The position numbers were made by a program, and so were the translations under genes. The notes beneath the pieces were generated by a model. It saw nothing but the letters and a program-made list of their open reading frames with translations, ran no database searches and was not told the DNA's origin. A stretch of DNA of 63,584 nucleotides, the filler included, from Coriobacteriales bacterium (lineage in GTDB: Bacteria; Actinomycetota; Coriobacteriia; Coriobacteriales; UBA8131): the NCBI GenBank assembly GCA_031263105.1. It is 7 parts of 7 records of this genome, joined end to end, with 100 filler letters (N's around TTAATTAATTAA, not from the genome) between each part and the next. Parts side by side here need not be neighbours in the genome. Positions count along the whole stretch, not along the records: positions 29,003 to 43,007 come from JAISGJ010000237.1; positions 43,108 to 50,288 come from JAISGJ010000247.1; 5 more parts are not named here. One strand, 5' to 3'. This document shows, piece by piece, positions 38,799 through 47,970 of this stretch (the stretch's first letter is position 1; each line of letters begins with the position of its first letter).

Positions 38799-39412
38799 CC
38801 CGCCTTGCTATCATCATCAACCAGGACCGCTGCATCGGTTGCCAGACCTGCGCGAACGCCTGCAAGATGGAGAACAACGTGCCCATGGGCATGCTATGGA
38901 ACCGCGTCATCACGGTGGGGGCGGAGGTCGTAGACGGGGCGGTCGGCACGTATCCCAATCTGACGCGCGAGTACCTGCCCATGGCCTGCCAGCACTGCGA
39001 CAACCCGCAATGCCAGTTGGTCTGCCCCGTTGGGGCGACGTACACCGACGACAAGGGCCGCGTGCTCATCAACTACGACATCTGCATCGGCTGCCGCATC
39101 TGCATGGCATCGTGCCCCTATAACGCCCGCGTGTTCAACTGGGAGGAGCCGGTGCGCAACCCCGACTTCAACTACGGGCACAGGGACGTCCCCGTGCGGC
39201 CTCGCGGCACCACCGAGAAGTGCACGCTGTGCAAGGAGCGCACCGACGAAGGCCTGGAGCCGATGTGCGTGACCTGCTGCCCCACGAAAGCGCGCACCTT
39301 CGGCGACCTCGACGACCCCGAGAGCGCCGCATCCGTCCTTGTCCGCGAGAGGCAGGCCCATCAACTGTTGGCCGAGCTGGGCACCGAGCCCAAAGTCCAC
39401 TATTTCAAGTAG
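38795..39412 (+). CDS. 4Fe-4S dicluster subunit
   Basis: CIGCQTCANAC, CQHCDNPQCQLVCP, CIGCRICMASCPY, KCTLC..CVTCCP. Confidence 0.93.
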   Translation: MTRLAIIINQDRCIGCQTCANACKMENNVPMGMLWNRVITVGAEVVDGAVGTYPNLTREYLPMACQHCDNPQCQLVCPVGATYTDDKGRVLINYDICIGCRICMASCPYNARVFNWEEPVRNPDFNYGHRDVPVRPRGTTEKCTLCKERTDEGLEPMCVTCCPTKARTFGDLDDPESAASVLVRERQAHQLLAELGTEPKVHYFK

Positions 39413-39423
39413 GGAGTGGGATT

Positions 39424-40689
39424 ATGACCAAGACGAAGGCGTTCCCCGCAGTTGTGGTGCTTGCGCTGCTTGTGCTGGCGGGCATCGGTGCCTGGGCCTA
39501 TCAGCTTATAGGCGGCCTCGCCGTCACCGGCATGAACAACGGCACCTCGTGGGGCCTGTACATCACCTGCTTCATGTTCTTTGTGGGCCTCTCGGCCGGC
39601 GGTTTGATCGTGGCGAGCTCGGCGGCGGTGTTCGGCATCAAGGACTACAAGGCGGTGGCCCGGCCGGCCATCCTCCTGTCGACGGTGTGCATCGTCGCCG
39701 CAGCGGCGTTCGTCCTCGTCGACCTCGGCGGCATCCAGCGCGTGTTCAACCTTATCATCCATCCCAACCTCACCTCGCCTCTGATGTGGGACGTCATCGT
39801 CATCACGCTGTACCTCGTCATCAATATCGTCTATCTCGCGCTGATGGCCCGACCGTCTCCCAATGAGCGCGCGCTGGCGGTCACCTCGCGCTTCGCCCTG
39901 CCGGTGGCCATCCTCGTGCACTCGGTCACCGCCTGGATATTCGGCCTCCAGATTGCCAAGCTGGGCTGGTACTCCGCCATCATGGCACCGCTGTTCGTGG
40001 CCTCGGCGCTTGACTCGGGACTTGCCTTGCTGCTTATCGTGCTTGTTGCCCTCAATGTGACAGGCGTGTTCAAGACCGAGAAGCGCCTCCTTGCCAGTCT
40101 CGCCGGCCTGTTGGCGGCCTGCATCGCCATCGACGGCTTCATGGTGGGCTGCGAGGTGCTCACGATGGCCTATCCCGGTGCCGATGCGACGGTTCTCGCC
40201 GTGATGACCTCCGGGGCCACGGCACCCTTGTTCTGGGGCGAGATCGTCCTTGGACTCGTTGTGCCCTTCTGCCTGCTGGTGTTTCGCAGGATTCGTGAGA
40301 ACATGGCTGCTGTGACCCTTGCCTCCGCCCTCGTGGTCGTCGGCGTGCTCTTCAAGCGCGCATGGCTGCTGCTCTCCTCCTTTGGGGCCCTGAACATCGA
40401 GGGGGCGCCCGGCGTGACCTACGGCCGCTCTGCCCTTAGCGGCACCGACATGTGGGAGCTTGTGGGTGCCTATGCGCCCACCTGGGTCGAGGGCGTGGTG
40501 GCGCTCGGCATCATTGCGCTCGCAGCGCTGCTGTTTGTGCTGCTTGCCCAGAGGGTCCTTGCTGCGGACAGGGCTTCAGTGACGGAGGGAGCAGAGGCCT
40601 CTGCAACAGCGGAGGCGGCGGGAATGGCGAGAGGGACGGGCGCCTCCTCAACGGCGGGGGCATCCTCCAAAGCTGCCGTTGCGGAGTAA
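39424..40689 (+). CDS. NrfD-family membrane anchor subunit
   Basis: TGMNNGTSWGLYI..FFVGLSAGG, VDLG, SPLMWD, HSVTAWIF, YAPTWVE. Confidence 0.9.
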   Translation: MTKTKAFPAVVVLALLVLAGIGAWAYQLIGGLAVTGMNNGTSWGLYITCFMFFVGLSAGGLIVASSAAVFGIKDYKAVARPAILLSTVCIVAAAAFVLVDLGGIQRVFNLIIHPNLTSPLMWDVIVITLYLVINIVYLALMARPSPNERALAVTSRFALPVAILVHSVTAWIFGLQIAKLGWYSAIMAPLFVASALDSGLALLLIVLVALNVTGVFKTEKRLLASLAGLLAACIAIDGFMVGCEVLTMAYPGADATVLAVMTSGATAPLFWGEIVLGLVVPFCLLVFRRIRENMAAVTLASALVVVGVLFKRAWLLLSSFGALNIEGAPGVTYGRSALSGTDMWELVGAYAPTWVEGVVALGIIALAALLFVLLAQRVLAADRASVTEGAEASATAEAAGMARGTGASSTAGASSKAAVAE

Positions 40690-40692
40690 CGA

Positions 40693-41565
40693 ATGGAGCC
40701 TTGCGGGCCGTCGGGAGCGGGAGTGACGTCGCCTCTAGCGGCTGCGGGGGCTGCGGGGGCTGCGTCGCCCGCGCCGCTCGCTTTGCTCCACATCCCCGAG
40801 CAGCGTTCCAGGCTCTACAGCTTTCTTGGGAACAGCCTGCTCAGGATTATGACAGCGGACACCGCCTTTGGGCTGGAACCGGACTTTTGGGAAGCCTTCG
40901 GAGATGCGTTTGCCCTTGACGCCGCAGGCGACTCGGCAGCAGACGCGCATATCGAGAAAGCGCAAGCCGACCTGCAACGTGTTGCAAACGAGCTCAAGGC
41001 CTTGGAGCGCTCCGTGGCCATTGAACGGGTGGGCGTCGAGTACACCCGCCTGTTCGTTGGGCCGGGCACACCTGCTGCCCCGCCGTGGGAGACCCTGTAC
41101 CGCGAAGGCGGCACCGTGCTGTTCGGCCTGCCGACCTTCGACATGCGCCGCCTGTTCGGCGAGCAAGGCTACCGCGCCAGCCCCGAAAGCCACCAGTTCG
41201 AAGACCACATCGGATTCGAGCTCCTCTACCTCGCACTGCGCCTCTCGGAGGCCGAGGGGCCCGCCGGTGGGGTCGAGGGGCCCGCCAAGGATGCTTCAAG
41301 GGATTCCGTCGCCCCCACCGAGGATCCCGCTGGGGCCGCCGCCAACTCAGCCGGGCTCCCCCTCCCTCCCTTGGCAACGGAGATTCAGGAGTTCATTCGC
41401 ACGCACCCCCTCTCCTTCATCGAGAAGCTCCATGCGAAGGCCTCCGCCTCCTGCACTGCACACCCAAACTCGCCGGGATACTACCCCGCCCTTATAGAGC
41501 TTGCTTGGGGCCTGCTGCTGCAGAACGCAGTCATGCCACAAGGATGCCTCGCAGCCGCCTCCTAG
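40693..41565 (+). CDS. TorD/DmsD family chaperone
   Basis: EYTRLFVGPG..APPWETLY, EDHIGFEL. Confidence 0.88.
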   Translation: MEPCGPSGAGVTSPLAAAGAAGAASPAPLALLHIPEQRSRLYSFLGNSLLRIMTADTAFGLEPDFWEAFGDAFALDAAGDSAADAHIEKAQADLQRVANELKALERSVAIERVGVEYTRLFVGPGTPAAPPWETLYREGGTVLFGLPTFDMRRLFGEQGYRASPESHQFEDHIGFELLYLALRLSEAEGPAGGVEGPAKDASRDSVAPTEDPAGAAANSAGLPLPPLATEIQEFIRTHPLSFIEKLHAKASASCTAHPNSPGYYPALIELAWGLLLQNAVMPQGCLAAAS

Positions 41566-41601
41566 ACAGTGCCGATGTAATCCCCTTCCTGTCCGACCGG
41601 A

Positions 41602-41628
41602 TTGCTTCGCCTCGCTCGCAAAGACGGA
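41602..41628. repeat. single REP-like palindromic arm of a related family
   Basis: GATTGCTTCGCCTCGCTCGCAAAGAC, a degenerate GATT..CG..CTCG..ATGAC arm. Confidence 0.45.
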
Positions 41629-41694
41629 ATATATGAACATCTTGGCCGCTGCCAGAGATATACTGTCAAACATCGCAACGACAGCGGAGGCCCG

Positions 41695-42330
41695 ATGGAA
41701 GACCCTACAGAGCAACCTCGCGCGAGGCAGCCCCGTGCGGAGCCACCTCGTACAGACCAGCAGGAGGCGAGAGCCGCCGGAACGTCCCCCGCAGAGGAGC
41801 ACGGGCCTGAGACCGTCGTCTTCACCGAGGTCCAACGAAGCACCGGATGGTGGCATTGGCTCGTGGTCGCCCTTGCCCTTCTGTCGGTCGTGGGCATCCT
41901 CCTCTGGCTCGTATGGTGGATAAAACCGGGCAACGTGCTGCCGAACATCGCCGTCCTGCTCCCCGCCTTCATTGTCATAGGCCTCGTCGCCGTGCCCCTG
42001 GCGACGCTGAAACTGACCACCCGAATCACCGACCAAGCCATCTACGTGCGCCTCTCTCCCCCACCGCTTTACCGGATGCACCCGAGCCGCATCCCTTGGA
42101 CATCCGTGAGGCAGGCATATGTCAGAGAGTACCACGAGTTCAAAGAGTACGGCGGCTTCGGCATCCGCTACGCCACCCCCTCGATCGGCGACGCAATCAC
42201 CCTAAACGCCCACACCGGTCTACAGCTCGAACTGACCAACGGCAAGAAGCTCCTCATCAGCACCCGAAGGCCTGATGAGCTCGAAGCTGTGCTTGCAGGG
42301 CTGAAGGGGCGGGGGCTGACGGCTGAGTGA
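41695..42330 (+). CDS. two-TM membrane protein (DUF6141-like)
   Basis: FTEVQR, two TM helices, KLTTRI, VREY..EYGGFGIR, GLQLELTNGKKLLIST. Confidence 0.75.
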   Translation: MEDPTEQPRARQPRAEPPRTDQQEARAAGTSPAEEHGPETVVFTEVQRSTGWWHWLVVALALLSVVGILLWLVWWIKPGNVLPNIAVLLPAFIVIGLVAVPLATLKLTTRITDQAIYVRLSPPPLYRMHPSRIPWTSVRQAYVREYHEFKEYGGFGIRYATPSIGDAITLNAHTGLQLELTNGKKLLISTRRPDELEAVLAGLKGRGLTAE

Positions 42331-43007
42331 AGGTAGTGGTACAAGGGCAGAACAAGCAGTGCTTGAATTTGAGTTGGCGACACTCGACCGTGCCATCGCA
42401 TATACCGCCACTAACCAGAGAGCAACCGAGACAACCCGAAGACGATAGAGCGTAATCGTTCTTCTGGCGATGCAATCAGCGTCTCACCGTCAGGGGCGGA
42501 GGGTTCGGGGCAGAGCCACAGAAGCAAAAGGCTGCGCCGTATTTACAAGATAGCGAAAGACAACGAGTTCGCAGAAGCAGACATGATCGTTTGGTACTAA
42601 CAGTCACGAAAGAAGCCGCCATACGCCACGACACGAACCTTGCGTATCACACCTTGACTGAGGTTGTCGACACCTTGGGCACGTGGAGAACATGGCCTGC
42701 GCATGGGAGCGCACACCCGCGAACAGGTCAACTGCCAATTTGCTCCACACATACAGAGATAATCCTGAATCATGCCTGTCGCTCATACAAGGAAAAGTCC
42801 CCGACTTTAGAGAAGAAGGGAAGAAAGGAAGGCTTTTGAGTACATCTATTCCTAGGATGCCGAATGATGCTTCGAATAATTTCCATTTTCTGACAGTCTA
42901 GGAAACGGGGGATGGTATCATCACGTTTTGCTGCGGAAACTCGCGTCAGATTGCAGTAAGTGGCGAACCACCCTTTCCGTTTTAGGCCATTTGCCGCCAG
43001 CCTGGTT

Positions 43008-43107
43008 NNNNNNNNNNNNNNNNNNNNNNNNNNNNNNNNNNNNNNNNNNNNTTAATTAATTAANNNNNNNNNNNNNNNNNNNNNNNNNNNNNNNNNNNNN
43101 NNNNNNN
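43008..43107. other. artificial contig linker
   Basis: N run with TTAATTAATTAA. Confidence 0.98.
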
Positions 43108-43153
43108 AGCTCGCCCGCTTCCCACGAAGGAAAACGGAGTGCGGCGACTGATG

Positions 43154-43380
43154 CGTTACTGTGTTCACACCCCACTGTCATTGTCCGAGCTCCGCCGAGG
43201 AATCTTTGGGTCCGAGCGCCCGGAAACGCACCGCGTTTTCAGCGAGGACGGGCCGACAGGCCCACGGATCACGCAGTGTCCAACGGCAGGCCAGGGGGCC
43301 CTTCGACCTGCGGTCGACCGCTGGCGCGGTCGAGGATTCCTCGACAGGCTCGGAATGACAGTGGGGTGTGAACAGCAACA
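43154..43380. repeat. REP/MITE-like element, full copy (inverted relative to 33581-33801)
   Basis: CGTTACTGTGTTCACACCCCACTGTCATT ... AATGACAGTGGGGTGTGAACAGCAAC; shared internal core. Confidence 0.9.
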
Positions 43381-43469
43381 CTGATGCGGCAACGGCCTGT
43401 GCGGGGGCAATTGGCACTCCAGATTGAAAATGGAAACTTTCTATATGATATATGAGGAGGTATGCAATT

Positions 43470-43544
43470 ATGGAAGGTAGAGGATCGGCAAGCGGGATGT
43501 CGGACAAGGGCTATAGGTACGGAACGGAATACAAGGATTGGTAA
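43470..43544 (+). pseudogene. 24-aa stub resembling the N-terminus of MGGRG-type phage toxin-like proteins
   Basis: MEGRGSASGMSDKGYRYGTEYKDW* after strong RBS GAGGAGG. Confidence 0.45.
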
Positions 43545-43570
43545 AGTGGAGAGGATTTGGAGGCAGGAAC

Positions 43571-43876
43571 ATGAGAGATGAGAGCTTCTGGTACGACAGT
43601 GCGGATCCTGACAATATCCGTGAGATAACAATGCAAGGTGATGCGCTGCTTTTCACGTATCAGAATAGGGACTATTTTGTTGAGCGAGGAGCAAGTGGAT
43701 TTTTGATTCAGAACCCACACATTGGGTCAGATGGGCTTGTGCGCAATGATGTTCCGTATGCGAACTATCCTGGACACGAAGACGCGAAAACGCCCGAAGG
43801 TTTTATGGCACTCCCCTTCCTTGACGGCAAGACGCTGTTTGAGCGTTTCGACGAGCTGTGTTTTTTCGAAGTGTAG
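43571..43876 (+). CDS. small acidic hypothetical protein, possible immunity protein
   Basis: 101 aa, RBS GGAGG, FTYQNRDYFVE and FLDGKTLFERFDEL pattern; low GC. Confidence 0.6.
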   Translation: MRDESFWYDSADPDNIREITMQGDALLFTYQNRDYFVERGASGFLIQNPHIGSDGLVRNDVPYANYPGHEDAKTPEGFMALPFLDGKTLFERFDELCFFEV

Positions 43877-44027
43877 GTAGAAATATCTTTGGTCTGTTGC
43901 GACGGTCTGTTGCAGTAGCCTTGGCTCGCTTCCCTCAAAGGAGTGATTCTGCTAGTATATGGCACAGAACGCATGGCTGTGCCAAACGCAATCAGGGCTT
44001 CCCTCTAGACGCAGAACGGACGACAGC

Positions 44028-47000
44028 ATGAGCACACGAACAAGGGTCCTCTCCTTCCTCCTTGCCGGACTGCTTGCCTTCGGGCAGACGGGAGCCGTCT
44101 CCTTTGCCCTTGACCCTTCAGGGGCGGCGGACGCTGCAGGGGCGGCGGACGTTGGAAAGGGGGAGAACATCGGGCCGAACGGCGACACAGGCGACGCAGG
44201 CGCCACGGAGGGCATCCTTCCGGGTGACGCTGCGGGCATCCCCGACCCTGATGCCGACCCCGATGCCCCCGACGGCGGCACGGGCGGCACGGGCTTAGAC
44301 CCCGACCCCGACACCTCCGGTGCCCCCGACGGCGGCACGGGCGGCACGGACACCGAAGGCCCCGAGGGCACCGGCACCGATGCAGACGACCCCCCCGACT
44401 CCGAAGGCCCCGATTCCCTTACCCCCGAAGGCCCTGACCCCTCCGCAATCGAGGGCGACCTCGCCCCCTCCGACCCCGCAGCCGAGGGCGACCTCGACCC
44501 CGATGCCCCCAAGCCCGCCCCCGCCCCCAAAGCGGCCCCCAAGCCCGCCGCCCCCGCCCCCAAGCCCGCCGCCCCCGCCCCCACAACGGACCTCTCGCTC
44601 CTGGCCGCACCCTTGGAGCCTCTGGCCACCTCGATAAGCGGCGTCTTCACCATCGCCAACAGCCGTGCCAAGAGCAGGGTGCTCGACATCAAGGCCGGCT
44701 CTGTGGAGAACGGGGCCGCGCTCCAGCTCTACACGTCCAACCGCACGCCTGCCCAGCGGTTCCGCATACAGCCGGTGAGCGGCGAGCCCGGCTACTACAC
44801 CATCGTCAACGTGAAGTCGAACAAGGCCCTCGACGTTCCGGCCGCCCAGGCCAGGAGCAGGACCGTCATCCAACAGTACGCCCAGAACGGGACCGACGCG
44901 CAGAAGTGGGTCTTTGTCCCCACGGGCGACGCCGACGGCTCCTACGTCATCGCCCCCAAGCTCAACCGCAAGCTCTGCCTTGCCACGACGAGCGCATCCA
45001 CGAGCAACGGGGCCTCCCTCAAGCTGTATGCCCGCAGCGGGGCCTTCGCGCAGACGTTCCTGCTCAACAAGATAGACCCTCTGGTGAAGAACGGCCTGTA
45101 CACCATCCAGAGCGGGCTGGCGCAGAGCCGTGTCCTCGACGTGGCGAGCGCGTCCCTTGCCGACCGCGCCAACATCCAGATATACCAGTCCAACAACACC
45201 CTTGCACAGAAGTTCAGGCTCACCTACAACAAGAACTCGGGCTACTACCTCATCACGAGCAGCCTGTCGAACAAGCTGCTCGGCATCGAGGGCGCGAGTG
45301 GGGCCTCGGGATCGAACGTCATGGTCTCCAAGAGGAACAGGACCTATACGCAGATGTGGGCCATCGAGTCCGACGGCAAAGGGGCCTACGTCCTCTATGC
45401 GGCCTGTGGAGGCACGGCCCTCAACGTGCAGGGCGCGTCCACGAAGAACAAGACCAACGTCCAGGTGTACAAGCCGAACAAGGCGGCCGCGCAAAGCTGG
45501 ACCTTCGCTCCCGCATCCGTGATGGACGACGGCATCTACCTGGTGACAAGCGCCTTGGGCACCACGCTCGACGCCAAGGCCGGGGGGACCGATCCCGGCA
45601 CGAACATCCAGGCCTACGCGGTCAACCGCACACTTGCCCAGCGCTTCTTCGTCAAGCACCAGGGCGGCGGCTACTACACGCTGGAATGCCTCAACTCAGG
45701 GCTCCTGGTGGCCGGTGTCGCCAAAAGCGGGAACGTGCAGCTCGAAGGCGCCAGCATCGACGACAGCAAGCTCTGGAAGCCCCTGCTCACGGGTGACGGG
45801 TATGTCAACCTGCAGAACAAGCTGACGGGCAAGGCACTGCATGTCAGGGGGGCGACGGCTGCTTCCGGGGCGAACGTGCAGCTTGCCACCGCAACCAAGA
45901 CCGTTGCCCAAAAATGGACGCTCGCTGCGACAGTCCCGCTTCCCAGCGGCTACTACACGATGGCAAGCGCCCTGAACACGGGGCTCGTGGTCGATATCCC
46001 CGCTGCCTCACGCGAGAACGGTGCCGTGCCGCAGCTGTATGTCAGCAACGACACCGCCGCCCAGCGCTTCAACATCGTGGCTGCGACGGATGGCAGCTAC
46101 ACCATCGCAGCGGCGTGTTCGAACAAGCCCTTCGACGTCAAGGGTGGCGTCATCGACGCGTCGGGGGTCGCTGCCCTGCAGCAGAACGCGGCCAATGCGA
46201 GCAAGGCCCAGAAATGGCGCATCGACTACATCGGTGCCGGACGCTTCGTGGTGCGCAGCCTCCTCAGGGTGCGGTCGTGCCTCACGGTCCAAGGGCAGGT
46301 GGTCGATGGCGCCCCGTTGGCGCTCAACCTGTATTCCGCTGCCGCGAGCCAGCAGTTCGTCATCACGCCTGTCAGCAACGTCGCCTACGTCTCCTATAAG
46401 ATAACGCTCGACCAGATGGCAGGCTACCAGAAGGCAGGCAATCCCTACCTCGGCGACTACAGCCTCGCCGAGATCCGCGACGCGCTCGACCCCGGCAAGC
46501 TCATCGGGACCGCCCCGTACCAGTTCGCCGACCTCCGCTCCTACTCCGGCCTCACCGCTGCGCAGATCAACGCCTATCTGGGCAGCACGGCGCTGGGGCG
46601 CACAGGCATACTCAAGCAGTACGGCGGCACCTTCGTCAAGGCCTCGCAGCAATACAAGATCAACGAGTGCTTCCTCGTCGCACACGCGATAAACGAGACC
46701 GGATGGGGCACCTCCACGCTCGCCAAGGGCTATTACTACGACGGCAAGACGGCCATAGAGGGCAGCTACTACCCTGCGGGCACCTACTACAACTTCTTCG
46801 GCATCGGGGCCTTCGACTCGAGTCCCCTCTCGGGCGGGCGCAGCATGGCCATCCAGAACGGCTGGAACACTCCCTCCAGGGCCATCGTGGGCGGGGCCGC
46901 ATGGATAGCGAAGTACTACCTCTACGCGCCGTCCACCCCCCAGCCGACCGTGTACGACATGAAGTGGGACGTCGCCTACAGCAACCAGCACAAGACCTAC

Positions 47001-47123
47001 GGCTTCCATCAGTACGCGACCGACCCCTTCTGGCCCTCGAAGAACAGCCGACTGATGAGCGAGTGCTACGCCTACAACAGCTTCACGCCGGGCATCCAGT
47101 ACCTGATACCGGTCTATGCGTAA
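44028..47123 (+). CDS. secreted ricin-B lectin repeat protein with C-terminal GH73 glucosaminidase
   Basis: Signal peptide, Asp/Pro linker, many VLD..Q.Y..N.T.AQKW repeats, AHAINETGWGTS, YNFFGIGAFD, HQYATD. Confidence 0.88.
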   Translation: MSTRTRVLSFLLAGLLAFGQTGAVSFALDPSGAADAAGAADVGKGENIGPNGDTGDAGATEGILPGDAAGIPDPDADPDAPDGGTGGTGLDPDPDTSGAPDGGTGGTDTEGPEGTGTDADDPPDSEGPDSLTPEGPDPSAIEGDLAPSDPAAEGDLDPDAPKPAPAPKAAPKPAAPAPKPAAPAPTTDLSLLAAPLEPLATSISGVFTIANSRAKSRVLDIKAGSVENGAALQLYTSNRTPAQRFRIQPVSGEPGYYTIVNVKSNKALDVPAAQARSRTVIQQYAQNGTDAQKWVFVPTGDADGSYVIAPKLNRKLCLATTSASTSNGASLKLYARSGAFAQTFLLNKIDPLVKNGLYTIQSGLAQSRVLDVASASLADRANIQIYQSNNTLAQKFRLTYNKNSGYYLITSSLSNKLLGIEGASGASGSNVMVSKRNRTYTQMWAIESDGKGAYVLYAACGGTALNVQGASTKNKTNVQVYKPNKAAAQSWTFAPASVMDDGIYLVTSALGTTLDAKAGGTDPGTNIQAYAVNRTLAQRFFVKHQGGGYYTLECLNSGLLVAGVAKSGNVQLEGASIDDSKLWKPLLTGDGYVNLQNKLTGKALHVRGATAASGANVQLATATKTVAQKWTLAATVPLPSGYYTMASALNTGLVVDIPAASRENGAVPQLYVSNDTAAQRFNIVAATDGSYTIAAACSNKPFDVKGGVIDASGVAALQQNAANASKAQKWRIDYIGAGRFVVRSLLRVRSCLTVQGQVVDGAPLALNLYSAAASQQFVITPVSNVAYVSYKITLDQMAGYQKAGNPYLGDYSLAEIRDALDPGKLIGTAPYQFADLRSYSGLTAAQINAYLGSTALGRTGILKQYGGTFVKASQQYKINECFLVAHAINETGWGTSTLAKGYYYDGKTAIEGSYYPAGTYYNFFGIGAFDSSPLSGGRSMAIQNGWNTPSRAIVGGAAWIAKYYLYAPSTPQPTVYDMKWDVAYSNQHKTYGFHQYATDPFWPSKNSRLMSECYAYNSFTPGIQYLIPVYA

Positions 47124-47286
47124 GCGGCCCCGGGCCGCAAGGCGCGTCGAGGAGCGCGCCGATAGAATGTGTTGAGAAGTGCGTGGGTCCAGGGAAGGCG
47201 CACGCGTCCCGTTGAGGTTCGCGGGACGCGTGGCTCGTCCCTTTGCCCCGTACTCGGCCCAAGGCCGATTGGACACGTGAGGGGAC

Positions 47287-47970
47287 ATGCGTGTGAAAGA
47301 GCGGTTGACAGCGTCGATAGTCGTCGCGATATTCGGGGTCGGCATCCTCGTCGGTGCCCCCTATGCGCTCGGCCTCATCGGCTCGCAGAGGGCCGAGGCC
47401 AGCTACACCGACGACTGGGGGACGACCTTCTCCGGCCTGTACGACGGCACGGGCTTCATCGGCCCCGTCGACTGCGGATTTCCCAACGGCAGCAGCTACA
47501 GCGGCGGCCTCGAACAGGGCTTCTTCGTCGGTGAGGGCCGCTACGTCTCCCTTGAGGGCTGGGGCTGCGAGGGGAGCTTCGAGAAGGGTCGGCTGGTGTC
47601 GGCGCACAGTTTCACCAGCCCGCGCGGCGACACCTATCGAGGAGGGGTACAGGACATCAACCCTCATGGCGAGGGCACCTATGTCAGCGTCGACGGTTGG
47701 AGCTATGAGGGGCAGTGGCACCAGGGGCTGCCCCAGGGCGAGGGCGTGTTCACCTATCCTGACGGCTCGGTCTATCGTGGGAGCCTCGTCGGCGGCCTTG
47801 CCGAGGGCCAAGGCGAGTTCACCGGCGCACAGGCGTGGTCGTATGCCGGAGGCTTCTCCGGTGGCTACCGCCAGGGGACGGGCGTGCTGACGCTTCCCGA
47901 CGGAGAGCCCATCGAAGGAACATGGGAGTCCGGCCTCCTGGTCGAAGGGGCGGCGACGGATGAACCTTAG
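47287..47970 (+). CDS. MORN repeat protein
   Basis: N-terminal hydrophobic anchor; repeated YEGQW..G..QGEGVFTYPDG units. Confidence 0.88.
   Translation: MRVKERLTASIVVAIFGVGILVGAPYALGLIGSQRAEASYTDDWGTTFSGLYDGTGFIGPVDCGFPNGSSYSGGLEQGFFVGEGRYVSLEGWGCEGSFEKGRLVSAHSFTSPRGDTYRGGVQDINPHGEGTYVSVDGWSYEGQWHQGLPQGEGVFTYPDGSVYRGSLVGGLAEGQGEFTGAQAWSYAGGFSGGYRQGTGVLTLPDGEPIEGTWESGLLVEGAATDEP

Noticed and set aside
29003..43007. Prophage or integrative element explaining the TA genes
   Set aside because: No integrase, transposase, phage structural or conjugation genes in the contig.
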